From Ascidiella aspersa (Eukaryota): 64,000 nt of DNA. The position numbers and the translations under genes are program-made. The stretch spans positions 6,510,001 through 6,574,000 of the forward strand of contig OZ004607.1 of the NCBI GenBank assembly GCA_963924565.1, given 5' to 3'. Under the pieces are notes generated by a model. It made no database searches and had not been told where the DNA came from. It saw only the letters and a program-made list of their open reading frames with translations. Below, piece by piece: positions 27,501 to 37,858 of the stretch. Each line of letters starts with the position of its first letter. Positions within the stretch are counted from its first letter, which is position 1.

Positions 27501-30500
27501 TTATATTTATCATATAACATCCAAAAAACTAAACTTCGGTTTTCTTCTGTTTTTTCGCCATTTGGTTTTTCACCATTTTTTTTCACCATTCGGATTCAGG
27601 CAGATTCTGTTATTTGAAGAAAAAATCTGATTATTAAGAACTCGGTAATTATACTCCAAATCAAATTCGGCAAACTAAAATCCATTCAATTTTGTTCTAA
27701 TCTTTTATTTTTATTTATAAATCCTAATTTTAACTCCAGTCTTTGCGTACTTCGTAGCATTTTTCGTCGTTCAGCTGAATTAATACATAACAACAAAATC
27801 ACAGCCCATACAGAAGAAGGTATTATTTTGAACGTTTCGAATAACCCTATTCATTTTCAACATTGATATTGATGTTGAAAATGAAATAATAGTTATTTAA
27901 AACGTTCAAAATGCAACCTGGTTCGCTATAGGCTTTTATATTCTTATTACGTCTTACTACAACCTCCAGCCATTATGCTTCAAAGCTGAAATAATGTTCC
28001 AGGTTTCCCGGAGATTGGCGATTTCGCGCCCTTCTCTGCCAGTTGGTGCTGGACCGCCAATTCGACTTTGCCCCCTCGCTTTCTCCCCCGCTCGCCGCCA
28101 GCGCCCGACTTGCCTTCGTCACTGATGACGTCAGCAGCTCGGTAAAGCGCGCCCTGCTGCGCCACAGCGGCACCGAGTGTCGAGAAGAGCACCAGCTGAT
28201 TTCTATGCTTACCGCTGGCGCGGCGCTCAGCAGCGGTACCCACAGCTTTGGGAGCAGTAAGAGGTAAGAACAAAATAAAAATTAATAACAAATAGTGAGG
28301 GACCGAGTAAACACCTGAATATGATAATAATCGTGTCGATTGATTTTTAAATCACTCTGAGTTGTTCCAGCAGACTTGCTCAACTAGATAATTTTAGTGT
28401 TCTAATCCAAAGCATTTAGATTAGATCTAGATTTTTGCCGAGATTTTTCCAAAGCAACATAGTAATTAGTAAAGTTGCAAAAAGGCGTAAATATGTAAAC
28501 TGTCATATCTTAAAGTGTTCATAAAACTGACCTGGCAATATGTACGTACAGTTGTACACTTGTACAGGCAGTGTTTTATCAAGGTGTTTTTAAGGACCGA
28601 AACGGCGTCTTAAACTTATCGAACGGTATCTCAAACTGCAGCTATGATAATTTTACATATACTTAGATGAAATGATTCCGCTCTCCTAACATTTCTGAGG
28701 GGTCACCAAATCAATGGCCCTAAAGTAACCAGTTCACAAGTTGATAAAACCTTTTGACACGGCCACTGATGTTGTTTTATCAGGACGAAGGCGCGAGATG
28801 CGCTGAAGGAGTCACAACGATTGGCGCACTGCCACCCCTACAGCGCCCCCTCGTGGGCGATGGTGTCGGCCGCTTGTCACGCAAACGACGTCTACTCCAG
28901 GTATTAGCTACTTTGCTGCTAGTTTGTGTGCTGCAACATTTTTTAATTCTTTTTGTTTTCTTACCACGCCGGTCAAATCCTTGGTCGATTCTGAGAGTAG
29001 ATTTTCTCCCTACTTTCACTATTGGTTATTCTTTATTAAGAGACAAAAATTTTTGACTATTTTATTGATTTCTTTATGACTTTGCTATGAATATGTATTT
29101 GACTTTACTTATAGCAACTGAAGATGTCGGTATGGGCGAAATATATATATTCCTTAAAAAATGTCTGATCCCGGTTTTACTCGTTTTTTCAACTTCGAGT
29201 TTTATTGTTTGTTGTCAGTAAAACGTGCGATTTTCAAATTAAGAAAAGTTAAATTAACCTAATCGCGGTGTGTTCAAATGTTGGTGCAAGTTTAAATTAG
29301 TTATCCGTTGAAGTGTCGTGAGTACACTTGACTAACGTGCACCCCTGTAGTTTTTAAGTCTTTGGGCCGTGGACCAGATTTGGAGTGATTTTTTACCTAA
29401 ATTTGGGACAGTGGAAAGCTTTTTACGTAAATTAAGCAGGCTCTCAGTGTATTGTTTTCTTCTGACCTAATTATGCAAAAACTTACTCAAAATAAAAAAA
29501 ATAGTGATTCTTATCATATTTATATAGCCACTGATATCACGTTTATAATTTAAGGTTCGCTGGCGCTCCGCCCCGCTTGACCGCCGAATGTCAGCGTTTG
29601 GCCGCCTTCGTGACGAAGCAATCCAGCTCGAAGGCGATCCGCCAGTGGGCGCTCAAGCAGCGCATGATCTCGCTCGTCGGGTCACGTGACTACAGTGGGG
29701 TCGCCGAACTAGCTCCGGAGGTGCGTATTGTTTTAACCCCGCGTTTCGCAATGTTTTGATGGCACTTTGCCGCTTCGTATCGCTTTTCATAACGCCGATT
29801 TTAGATGGAATTGTTTATTTCCGAAGCACTGGCCGGTCAATGCGGCATAAAAGGTTGAGAACCACTGAACTAGGATAAGCTGGCATTTTAAGGCCTTTTT
29901 ATTAATGCAATAAAATAGACGTTAAACAAGCAAACAAATATGCGCACAACATATGACGTACAAGTATGTAACATTTTTTAAAAGTTTTAATTAAATAGAT
30001 TTTGTAACCTCCGGGCTTCGTCTGATAATGCGAGACTTAGCTGAGTGGTTTGTTTGGACACCAAATAATAAAATGGTGTTTTCAAAACATTTCAGATATA
30101 TCAAAGCAATCGAATTTATTTTTTTTTTAATGGGACGCTGCCGTGTTTTACCTAATCAAAATGGAAGAGTTGAAAGGTAATATTTTCCTGTTGAATGGTA
30201 ATATAAGTTGATAAGCCAAAGTTGTTTTTATAGTTAAAAATCTCAGTTACGTTTAATTGTTAAACTACAATTTTTTAAGCAACTTGAATTTCCCGGAAAA
30301 AATAAATGCTCCGTGGTCGCAAAACAAGGCCGAATTGCCCTTACCAGATTGGTATCCAACCAGCACACGTATACTCTCCCCATACAAATATCGAATAATT
30401 TTAGATCGAAACGATACCAAGTTGAAGTATAGCTACTAGCTACTCGCCCGATACTGGAATAGTATAATTAATATTGGTATTTTAACCATGAGTTGCGATT

Positions 30501-33500
30501 CAAGGCTAAATTATCGACCTTAGAATAAATTGTTAAGTACTCGAATAGCTAAACTTCGGAGCACGAGGGTAATTGGGTTTATTAACCAGAGTGATTATCT
30601 CAGTTGCACCAAATTGGCTTATTTGACCATAGTACTGAAGCCACGGGGCATCATCGGATAGCAGTTTTTTTAAACCCAAAATCTATCGGTACCGGACACT
30701 CCTAACTCTGGTGAAATTACTCTGCAAATGCACGCTTAGTTTGACGGAGACGGGGGCGACATGCTGGCCACTCTGGCCGAATGCGCTCAGGAATTCGAGG
30801 ACGAAGGAAAGCTGAGCAAAACCGCGTTGGACGAAGTTCGCACCATCGCCTCATCCCGGGGAACGTCGCTGTCCGACAAGATGGTAATTCTGTTTATAAA
30901 TTATTGCTGCCAGTGGTATTGTCTAATGTAGCAGGGGTTCGGCACCTTTTTTAGCTAAGGCAGCCATAAAAGCCGAATATTTTTGGTTGTATTTCCATGA
31001 GAGACATATTATATTTTTCAACATCTAATTCTAGAGTATGCAAGACAAAAATACCGTGGCTAAAGTTTTCAAAACCTTGATTGGTACAAACAGGGCCTTT
31101 TATATGCAAACGGATTTCAGCAAATCGCCTAACAACCACGAAAGGACAAACAGGATTCGCGCGAACGCGGACATTTTGCTATTTTTCCTTGTTTAAAAAA
31201 ATACAGTTTGTAAAGGGTCTTGGCCGCGTGGAGTTTCATTCAAGCCATGACAAGAAATAATAGCTTGGATTTATTTTCGAGCGAGATTACATTTTTAAAA
31301 TAACCTTACGGCATCCTCAAAAGACTCATAAATGGCTCGCGAGCCATAGGTTTCCGGCCCCTGGCCTAATCTAACAGAACAGCTCTTGTTGTGTTTTACT
31401 CCAAAGCTTCAACATTCCCACCCAATGTAGAAAGCACGATAAACACAAAGATCATTGTAACAAAAAAGTTAAAAACAAAACGCATGTAACAGCCTGATAA
31501 AAATAGCAAAAGTCTGCAGCCTCTAATGATTTTCAAACAGTTACTGTTTGCCATCTGATAGGATCGCGTCTGTCTGTTTTGACGCATGACATTGTCCTGC
31601 AGTTAAATATTCCATGATTCTGGAAATTTCGTATTCATTGTCATCAGGAACAATAAAGGCTACCGCTTAGTTGCTAATTTGTTCTCTGTTGCTTTTTTTC
31701 GGCTGAATTGAATTCGAATTGAAGTTCCAGCTTTTCAGATTTCTCAATTTCGTATTGAAACCATAACTGCCGAATTTGCGGGAAATAGAAGAAAAACTAG
31801 ATTACTGACGAAGTGGGATTACATTTTATCAATTCTATTTCATTTTGCAATTAAGTCTGATCAATCACGAAAATTATTTTTATAAAAATGAGAATCTAAA
31901 CCGAGTTTAATAAGAGCACAAGTTTGAATTTAGAGTTTTCTAGATATGACAAATTAAAATAACTATTGGCCCGAGTTTTTCTGCTCTGATTTTAATAATT
32001 AGTCCGCATTCAGTAATTGACCCTTCAGAAGAAAAAAAGATTTAAGCTACCATACACAGCTAGAAATTAAAAAAGGTCGAAATATGTGATCTTGTGTTTG
32101 GTGACTTACAAATCCCATAAAATGACCCCAAATGTCAGAGGTTTGTTAATTAATTGTCTTGTGCAGCAAAAAAACATTTTATAAATAACGCTATACCTAG
32201 TAAAACATTACTATAAACCGTCGCACAGGGCTAAACATGCTCTGTTAAACTTCCTGCCAAGGTAGCACCCGCCATAAACATTACTAAATGCTTTAAATTT
32301 TCAACGTATGCCACTGGAAGTACCGTTTGCATTGACGCGTGACGAAAACACGCCACATGCGGAATTTCCCTCTACTTTCTAGTTTCGATGTGCGTCAAAG
32401 TTTTTCCTGAGTTAATCATGTCCATATTGCGCTTCTTAAATGGCAATAGGAAACTGTAAAGCGGCCTTTACAAACGTTAGGGGCAATCGTTTTTATGCCA
32501 CAAAAAGGTATGCATCCCAAAAGTGGATCCCACCGATCAATAGTAGTTTGTTTTTAAAAAAATTAAGGTGAATTTTATGCGTAGACTACCGAGGACAAAG
32601 AAGCAGTATACAATACATTAAAATAATAAGTACACAATACATTAAAATAATAAGTACACAATACATTAAAAATAAAAGTGGTGTCTAATAGTCGTCCTCA
32701 TCCCATATATTCTAAATCTGATCTCTCTTTTTTTCTTTCAATTTTTTTTTTGCATTATTTTACCTTACCTCTTGGATTATTATCACTCTCCACATAGTGG
32801 TGCTTGTTTTAGTCTTTCCCTTCGGTTTGATTTTGAGCTTTGTGTTTGATAGAGTTATTCGTACTTTTTCAAGCCTCTGCTGATATACTAAGTGTTTGCA
32901 GAAGTTTTAAGATTGTATTGGCCTAAGTAACCAAGAACTTTTATGGTGAGTAGGTTTTTTGGTTTTTCTTTATATTTTATACTGTTTATTCAATGTTGTG
33001 CTAGTTTTAGTAAACACATATAGTTCTTGTAATGGAAATGTTTCACAAGATTTGTTTCGTCCTTTACTCTCGAAACCTGATCTGATTGTCCAACTATTTT
33101 TTATCACGCTTTTTCACGCCTCTGAAAATCCCAACAGATCGCCGTCCACATCTTCGCCTCTTGTTCGCTGCTGGACGAAGCCGTCGCGCTGCTGCGTGAC
33201 ATCCTGCGAGCCGTGAAAAACGGCGGCGAGAGACGGCGCGTTGCCATTCGTATGTTCGCAGTCGCTTGGAAGGGCGCGCAGATTTTCACGGACGGCGACG
33301 GTGCTGCCGCCAAGTGGCCGGCCCTCGCCGCGGAGGCCCTGGGCGCCGTCAAGGCCGAGGGGGAATCAGCCAACCTGAATTTGTTAGAAGGTCTTTGCCG
33401 CTATTTGGAGAAAAATCACAGGTATGCACGCCGCGATTTTTTTTCGTTTCGGCTGATTCTTATAACGTCATTTTTTTTTTTTTTGTTTTTTTGAATTGAC

Positions 33501-35188
33501 ATTGCTCGTTCAGTGTATATTCACAAATCTCAGTACAAACGATAACGTAGCAAGGTGATTCAAGCCGCTAGCCTATCAGACGTATACAGTAGAATCGCAT
33601 AAAGTAGTCAGTACACCATATTTTTGGTAGTTCCGCCTCGGAAAAACTCGGTTTTATTCTTGACGTAGTCTTAAATAGTTGTTTTTTAATAATCTTTGTA
33701 GCCCAGCTAGACCTCGTTCTTTGTCGCTTGATAAAAGAGGCAATATACTGAAAAAAATGTTCTTATGGTTTTTACTTGTTTACCAGCGTTTAAGCTACCT
33801 ATGCAGGAAGCCTTCATCGGGGAATGGAACGACACCAAGTAAAACGAAAGAGTCCATTTTTACTTTTTATAACATTTCTTGTTTCTTCCACTCAGATTTG
33901 GTATTTGGGCCAACACGAAATATAATCGTAGCTAAAAATGAAATAAACTTGCACCTTGATAATGAATAAATGTTTTTGATGTTTTTCTACAATTCGCAGT
34001 TGTTAAGTTGTCCATAATGCCGTTTGTAGTGCTTAAATGTGTCTCCAACAAAAAGGGTTTCGCTTTGCTGCAGAAAATGTCGCGTGGCCCTGACAAAGGT
34101 GCTAAACGGGGCTTCCCCGACGCCATGGGGCGTGGACAAGAGTATGGCGGCATGTTACCTCTACAGGATTCTGCACCAGCGTAACGACATCACTGAAATT
34201 GAGGTACTTAAAATAACGCTTTTATATTAAAAAGGGTATAACTTGCTATTATTAGGCTCATATATTCGAATGTCGTTTCAAATTTTAGTTTAGGTTGGCA
34301 TGACGTTGAATCATTAATATTATAATTGTTACTTACTCAACATCTGAAAACAAAAATCTAGGGTTCTCATTTTTTTGCAATTCCTTTTAAAATTAGATAA
34401 GTGCTAACAGCTAATTTAAAGGTAGGATATACAAGCCAGATCTCAGCCTAAACCTCTTTAATAAGCAAGGCAATTTACCGGCGTTAAAGCAAATATTAAA
34501 CTACGGAAACAAGCATGGGCTATTGTTGATAAAGTTTAGGCAACAAAAAACGCAAACAATCGGTAAACTACAGAAATAAACTTAGTCATCCCAAATACTC
34601 TTAACTTGCTTCACAAAAGTCAGCTTTTTCAAAACCTGTTTTCAAATAGCAAGTCACTGTTTTCAAATAGCTTGAAAAAAATATTTTGATCAAAATGACT
34701 TGACTTGATTTAAGTCTTTTGGACAAATGACTCTACTTTGACTTAAGTCATCTTCTTAAATAGCTTGGGATTAAATTCGGTGTTTTTTATTAAAATGTAT
34801 CTGAAGTTTTGCACATTAAACACTTTTAGTTCTGTATGTTGCGTTTGTGTTATTTTTTAGTTAAATTGTTGCTTGTAATCGGACAATTTACCAATTTTAA
34901 TAGTTTAACAGTTTACTTTTATGTCAATGACATGACTTGAAATTGACTTGCTCTCATAATGACTTGACTGGAACTTGACCTTGGCAACTGATGACTTGGA
35001 CTGGGACTTGACTTGTTATTTTTGCAAAAGACTTAAATTGGACTTGAGTCATTTTAAAATGACTTGTTTGCAACACTGCTGTGAAACAACAAAATGACTT
35101 AGAAATCATGTGTTTACAGAAACTTCTAGAAGGCTGGAGGGATGACCCGTTGCTGAAAATCGTAATGAAACGCCTTCCGGCCCTTTAA
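6581..35188 (+). CDS. TTC37: Tetratricopeptide repeat protein 37 / superkiller complex protein 3 (SKI3), 30 exons, ~1591 aa
   Basis: All introns are GT-AG with consistent phases; total 4776 nt. Exons: 6581-6670, 7573-7820, 8301-8496, 8905-9121, 9347-9578, 9763-9937, 10244-10408, 11117-11272, 11877-12048, 13100-13268, 13825-13960, 14855-14936, 15742-15859, 17396-17555, 18556-18711, 19377-19463, 20449-20628, 21713-21803, 22740-22881, 24076-24249, 24364-24502, 25283-25439, 26087-26249, 28003-28263, 28784-28900, 29555-29720, 30740-30883, 33138-33421, 34074-34203, 35120-35188. Recognisable TTC37 motifs: [80 protein letters not shown]. Confidence 0.95.
12070..12777. mobile_element. hAT-type MITE containing an internal satellite array (TTC37 intron 9)
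   Basis: TIR cggtgttgtaa...ttacaacactg; TSD gcgattaa (12062-12069) / gcgtttaa (12778-12785). Confidence 0.85.
12116..12615. repeat. ~33-bp tandem repeat, ~15 copies, unit GACTTGACTTGACTTAAGTCGTTTTGGTAAAAT
   Basis: Directly visible. Each unit is built from GACTT pentamers and contains the palindrome GACTTAAGTC. Confidence 0.97.
16240..16556. mobile_element. hAT-type MITE
   Basis: Perfect TIR cagggatgtccaac...gttggacatccctg; TSD ctttacac/ctttgcac. Confidence 0.9.
16832..17340. mobile_element. hAT-type MITE (CAGACTTGGA-TIR family, AATTAG-rich interior)
   Basis: TIR cagacttggaaaactagat...atctagttgtccaagtctg; TSD gccgcaac/gccgcagc. Second copy at ~19490-20003 and a fragment at ~28370. Confidence 0.88.
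18255..18350 (+). mobile_element. Decayed tRNA-derived SINE head
   Basis: A-box TAGCTCAGTTGGTAGAGC. The degenerate B-box segment gtcgtgacttctaacct is duplicated, and there is no intact cloverleaf. Confidence 0.55.
19490..20003. mobile_element. Second, 5'-truncated copy of the CAGACTTGGA-TIR MITE
   Basis: Collinear with 16840-17340 (acaactagatttattttagcttttt...atctagttgtctaagtctgg). Confidence 0.85.
22501..22690. mobile_element. Non-autonomous Penelope-like/retrozyme-like inverted element, copy 1
   Basis: Shares ~90 nt (atggaatccaaaacc...aaactcaaagtttaaaa) with 24918-25007. aaactcaaagtttaaaa pairs with ttttaaactttgagttt around the hammerhead. Confidence 0.65.
22593..22634 (+). ncRNA. Minimal type-I hammerhead ribozyme (intact), TTC37 intron 18, sense strand
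   Basis: AAGGAA-CUGACGA-U-GCCG(GUAU)CGGC-GAAA-UAUA-UA^-UUCCUU: full catalytic core, 6-bp stem I, 4-bp stem II, palindromic AUAUAU stem III. Predicted cleavage after 22628. Confidence 0.8.
23470..23945 (-). mobile_element. Degenerate copy of the GACTT-repeat MITE family
   Basis: AAGTC-rich interior ending gacttaagtgcactcaagtcattacaacactg (family TIR). Confidence 0.65.
24918..25160. mobile_element. Penelope-like inverted element, copy 2, with two back-to-back hammerhead motifs
   Basis: Minus-strand CUGACGA...GAAA at 25037-25078 and plus-strand CUGACGA-U-GCCC(GUAA)GGGC at 25100-25119 (GAAA lost), around a palindromic centre taagtactta. Confidence 0.7.
25845..26010. repeat. Foldback/hairpin element (~65-bp arms)
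   Basis: cgaagtcaaaaaggtcgagtagatcgacatcatcttgattaag...cttaatcaagatgatgtcaatctactcgatctttttggcttcg. Confidence 0.9.
29112..29157 (+). ncRNA. Minimal hammerhead ribozyme motif (core intact, stems weakened), TTC37 intron 25
   Basis: CUGAAGA-U-GUC(GGUAUG)GGC-GAAA-UAUAUA-UA^-UUCCUU, with the same downstream flank (atgtctgatcc) as the other copies. Confidence 0.65.
30932..31363. mobile_element. hAT-like MITE
   Basis: Ends caggggttcggcacct...aggtttccggcccctg with subterminal ggctcgcgagcc; TSD not clear. Confidence 0.65.
32609..32679. repeat. 24-bp tandem repeat x3 (acaatacattaaaataataagtac)
   Basis: Directly visible. Confidence 0.9.
34600..35077 (+). mobile_element. GACTT-repeat MITE family copy, ending ~40 nt before the last TTC37 exon
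   Basis: Ends aatgacttgtttgcaacactg; interior collinear with 53700-54054. Confidence 0.75.
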
Positions 35189-37858
35189 AGAAACAAGTGC
35201 CGTAGGGTTGCAGAAAAAAAGCTGGATGCTTGGCCACGCAAATTACCGCTGGCCCATGCCGGTTGTTAACTATTGTGCTCCTCAAAAATCGACTTTTGTC
35301 CGAGGCAGACAAAACCAGCGATCGCACGCCTGTTAGATAGGCAATAGGCGGCTATGCGGATTTATTATGGTGATTTTCGTAGCGCAGGGTTTTCCAACTC
35401 AAATGCTTTATTAACGCGTACATTTGGTCGTGTGCAAAAGCACATAATGTGCGTTGTAACCTGCTGTATTTAATCCCAAACCAGTGATATTTCAAATAGT
35501 TCTACAGTAATATGTTGGTTAGAGCGATTTTATTGGTTAAAGGCCTCCTTAAAACAGAAGAGTTGTACGGCCCTGTTGTAGCGCATTGGTGCAATAGCTT
35601 ACGAAAACGCAAAGTTCAATAAACGACAAGCAGCAAATCTCTACTGTGTTTTCATTGCATCAATTTTTTTGTTTTGCCGTCATTGCAAGTTTTTCAATGT
35701 AGTGCACAAAAACCCTTACTGGGTATAACACAATGACAATGCTCAAGCACAATTCAATTCAATGAACCAAATTAAGTTACGTATACAGGCAGTATGCCAG
35801 CCGGGTTATTACAATACTAAAACGACGCTAGATTCGAATGATAAATGCGGTGTTGTAAAGCACGTGGTAATTTATAGGTAACTACTAGGCTACCGCCCAA
35901 TAGACCACGGTATTTCACAAAAAAGGTAAATATAACGAGAATAAGACATCTGGCTTTTTTGAATTTGTTATAAAATCACCTGGAACACACCGCCTACTTT
36001 GTAAAGCAGTACCTTTAGCACACCGAAAACAAAAAATATAAAAGCAAGGTAGCTCAACTGGCTGCATACACTGCTGAAGCCATACACACTCAAGAGAAAG
36101 TTTGCGGTGTAGGTTACATTCAGAAGCCATACTGAAAACAGACTTTTTTTAAATAATTACAATTAAAATTGTTTAAATGTTTTTTTATTGCCGTGAATTT
36201 AATTGCTCTCACGACCTTTTCTTTTAAGTGCCTTTTGTCTTCAATTATTCCTTAAAATTCAAATGTTCATCCTCATGTAGTACAAGGTGTCTCAGTTATT
36301 TTATTAAAAATCAATATCGTACATTGGAGGATAGTAGTTGACAAAGTAGTTGTTTTTGTAATATGGTTTTTGCTTTAGTTTTTCCAAAATCTCTTTAGAT
36401 GGCTGTTTGTAAACTGGATCAATGTTGCAAAATATCCTGGCACTCAGTCGTGCTATATTAAGGGCATATTTAGACTTTGTGTGCGTAACATACCTGAAAC
36501 TAATATTACTTGTTACACCTTATTTCGAATGAATCGAACGAAAAAAATTATTGCATCAAACTACAGAAGATGGTGGGTATGGCATGAACCGACTTCAATG
36601 ACCATGTTGATGTTTCGCTTTGTTGCCTCTTGACAGCAGTTTACATATTTTCGTTCGGGTTGATCTAACAGCGCGGACGGTCGCGTGCGCTGATCAAACC
36701 TTTTGTCCTTGTCGCAGTTGAACCGCACCGAAGGTTCGTGTTTGTAGCAATCACAGATCTGAGCTGGTTGGCCTCAGTCTGCCGGACACCACGGCCAACT
36801 GCAGTTGAACGTTAGGCATTCCGTGCAGTAACCACGTAGCAGCGGTGGACTGCGGGGTGCGGACTGGAGTGAAAAATGTCAGGATAGGAAAATATATTTT
36901 ATTTTCACTGAATTTAATTGGCTTTGTTTTGTTTTTTGTTTCAGCTTAGTCTAAATTTTTGTTAGAATATTGTCGTAGTATCGTTCAAAGACGTGAGGCA
37001 ATAAGCCAACTCAAAAGTTGGTGTATTTTAAGATAGTCACACTCACATAGATTACATAAATATAGTCTCGAAAAACGTCAAGGCCTTGAATTCTTGCATG
37101 GAAAAAGATTTTAATTGCAAATTTTATCAGATACATAACTTATTGAAAGAGCTGATTTGACGTTGGGACGTCTTTCGGTTGTCTATTGTCTGACACAAAA
37201 CACCCGTATTAGACTTATAACTCGCAGCTATGTCTTTACTTATTTATTTAGGAAACTTTTTTTAGCACATATTACAAAGGTATTTTCAAGAGCACCCCGC
37301 CCGTGCAAAATATTATGTAAAACCTACAAATCGAACGTTATCAAGGACAAACTTAGTTAAGCGAGTGATAAAACTTTTAAAATCGCCCTCGTAAGACCAA
37401 CCCCAAAGGCTTCCAAGTTGTCCTGCAAAATTGACAAATGTAGCCGAAAAAAGGCTTGGCGCTTCGAAGGTTAGAGACGCCGCTTCAGTGAACCGGAGAT
37501 GGCATTAGGGAAGAATTGCGCGCAGCTACTCCTCTCTCTGCTTTGGCATTTCAGATAACTGTTTGCTCAGCAGCAGGCCACTGTTTACCAATGGTTTGTG
37601 TCCTCGACTTTTTCGTTGCGAATCAAAAAGCCCTGCTTGAGGCCTGATTTTCTGTTATAGTTAAATAGTCGTAGCACTTTCACTATCAAAGCTTTTCAGC
37701 TTGTTTTGATTGCAGAAACCAAAAGAATTGTTTTGGTAATACAAGGGATAAAAGAGTCAGGCGTTGCAGCAGATTTACGAAGTAGCTGTTGGCTACATAA
37801 TAAGTTAAGCTAAAAACTTATAACTGCCTTACAAAATCAGTTTATTTGAGAATACATT

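Noticed and set aside
31620-31652. Minus-strand CTGATGA...GAAA hammerhead candidate
   Set aside because: Stem II and stem I do not pair.
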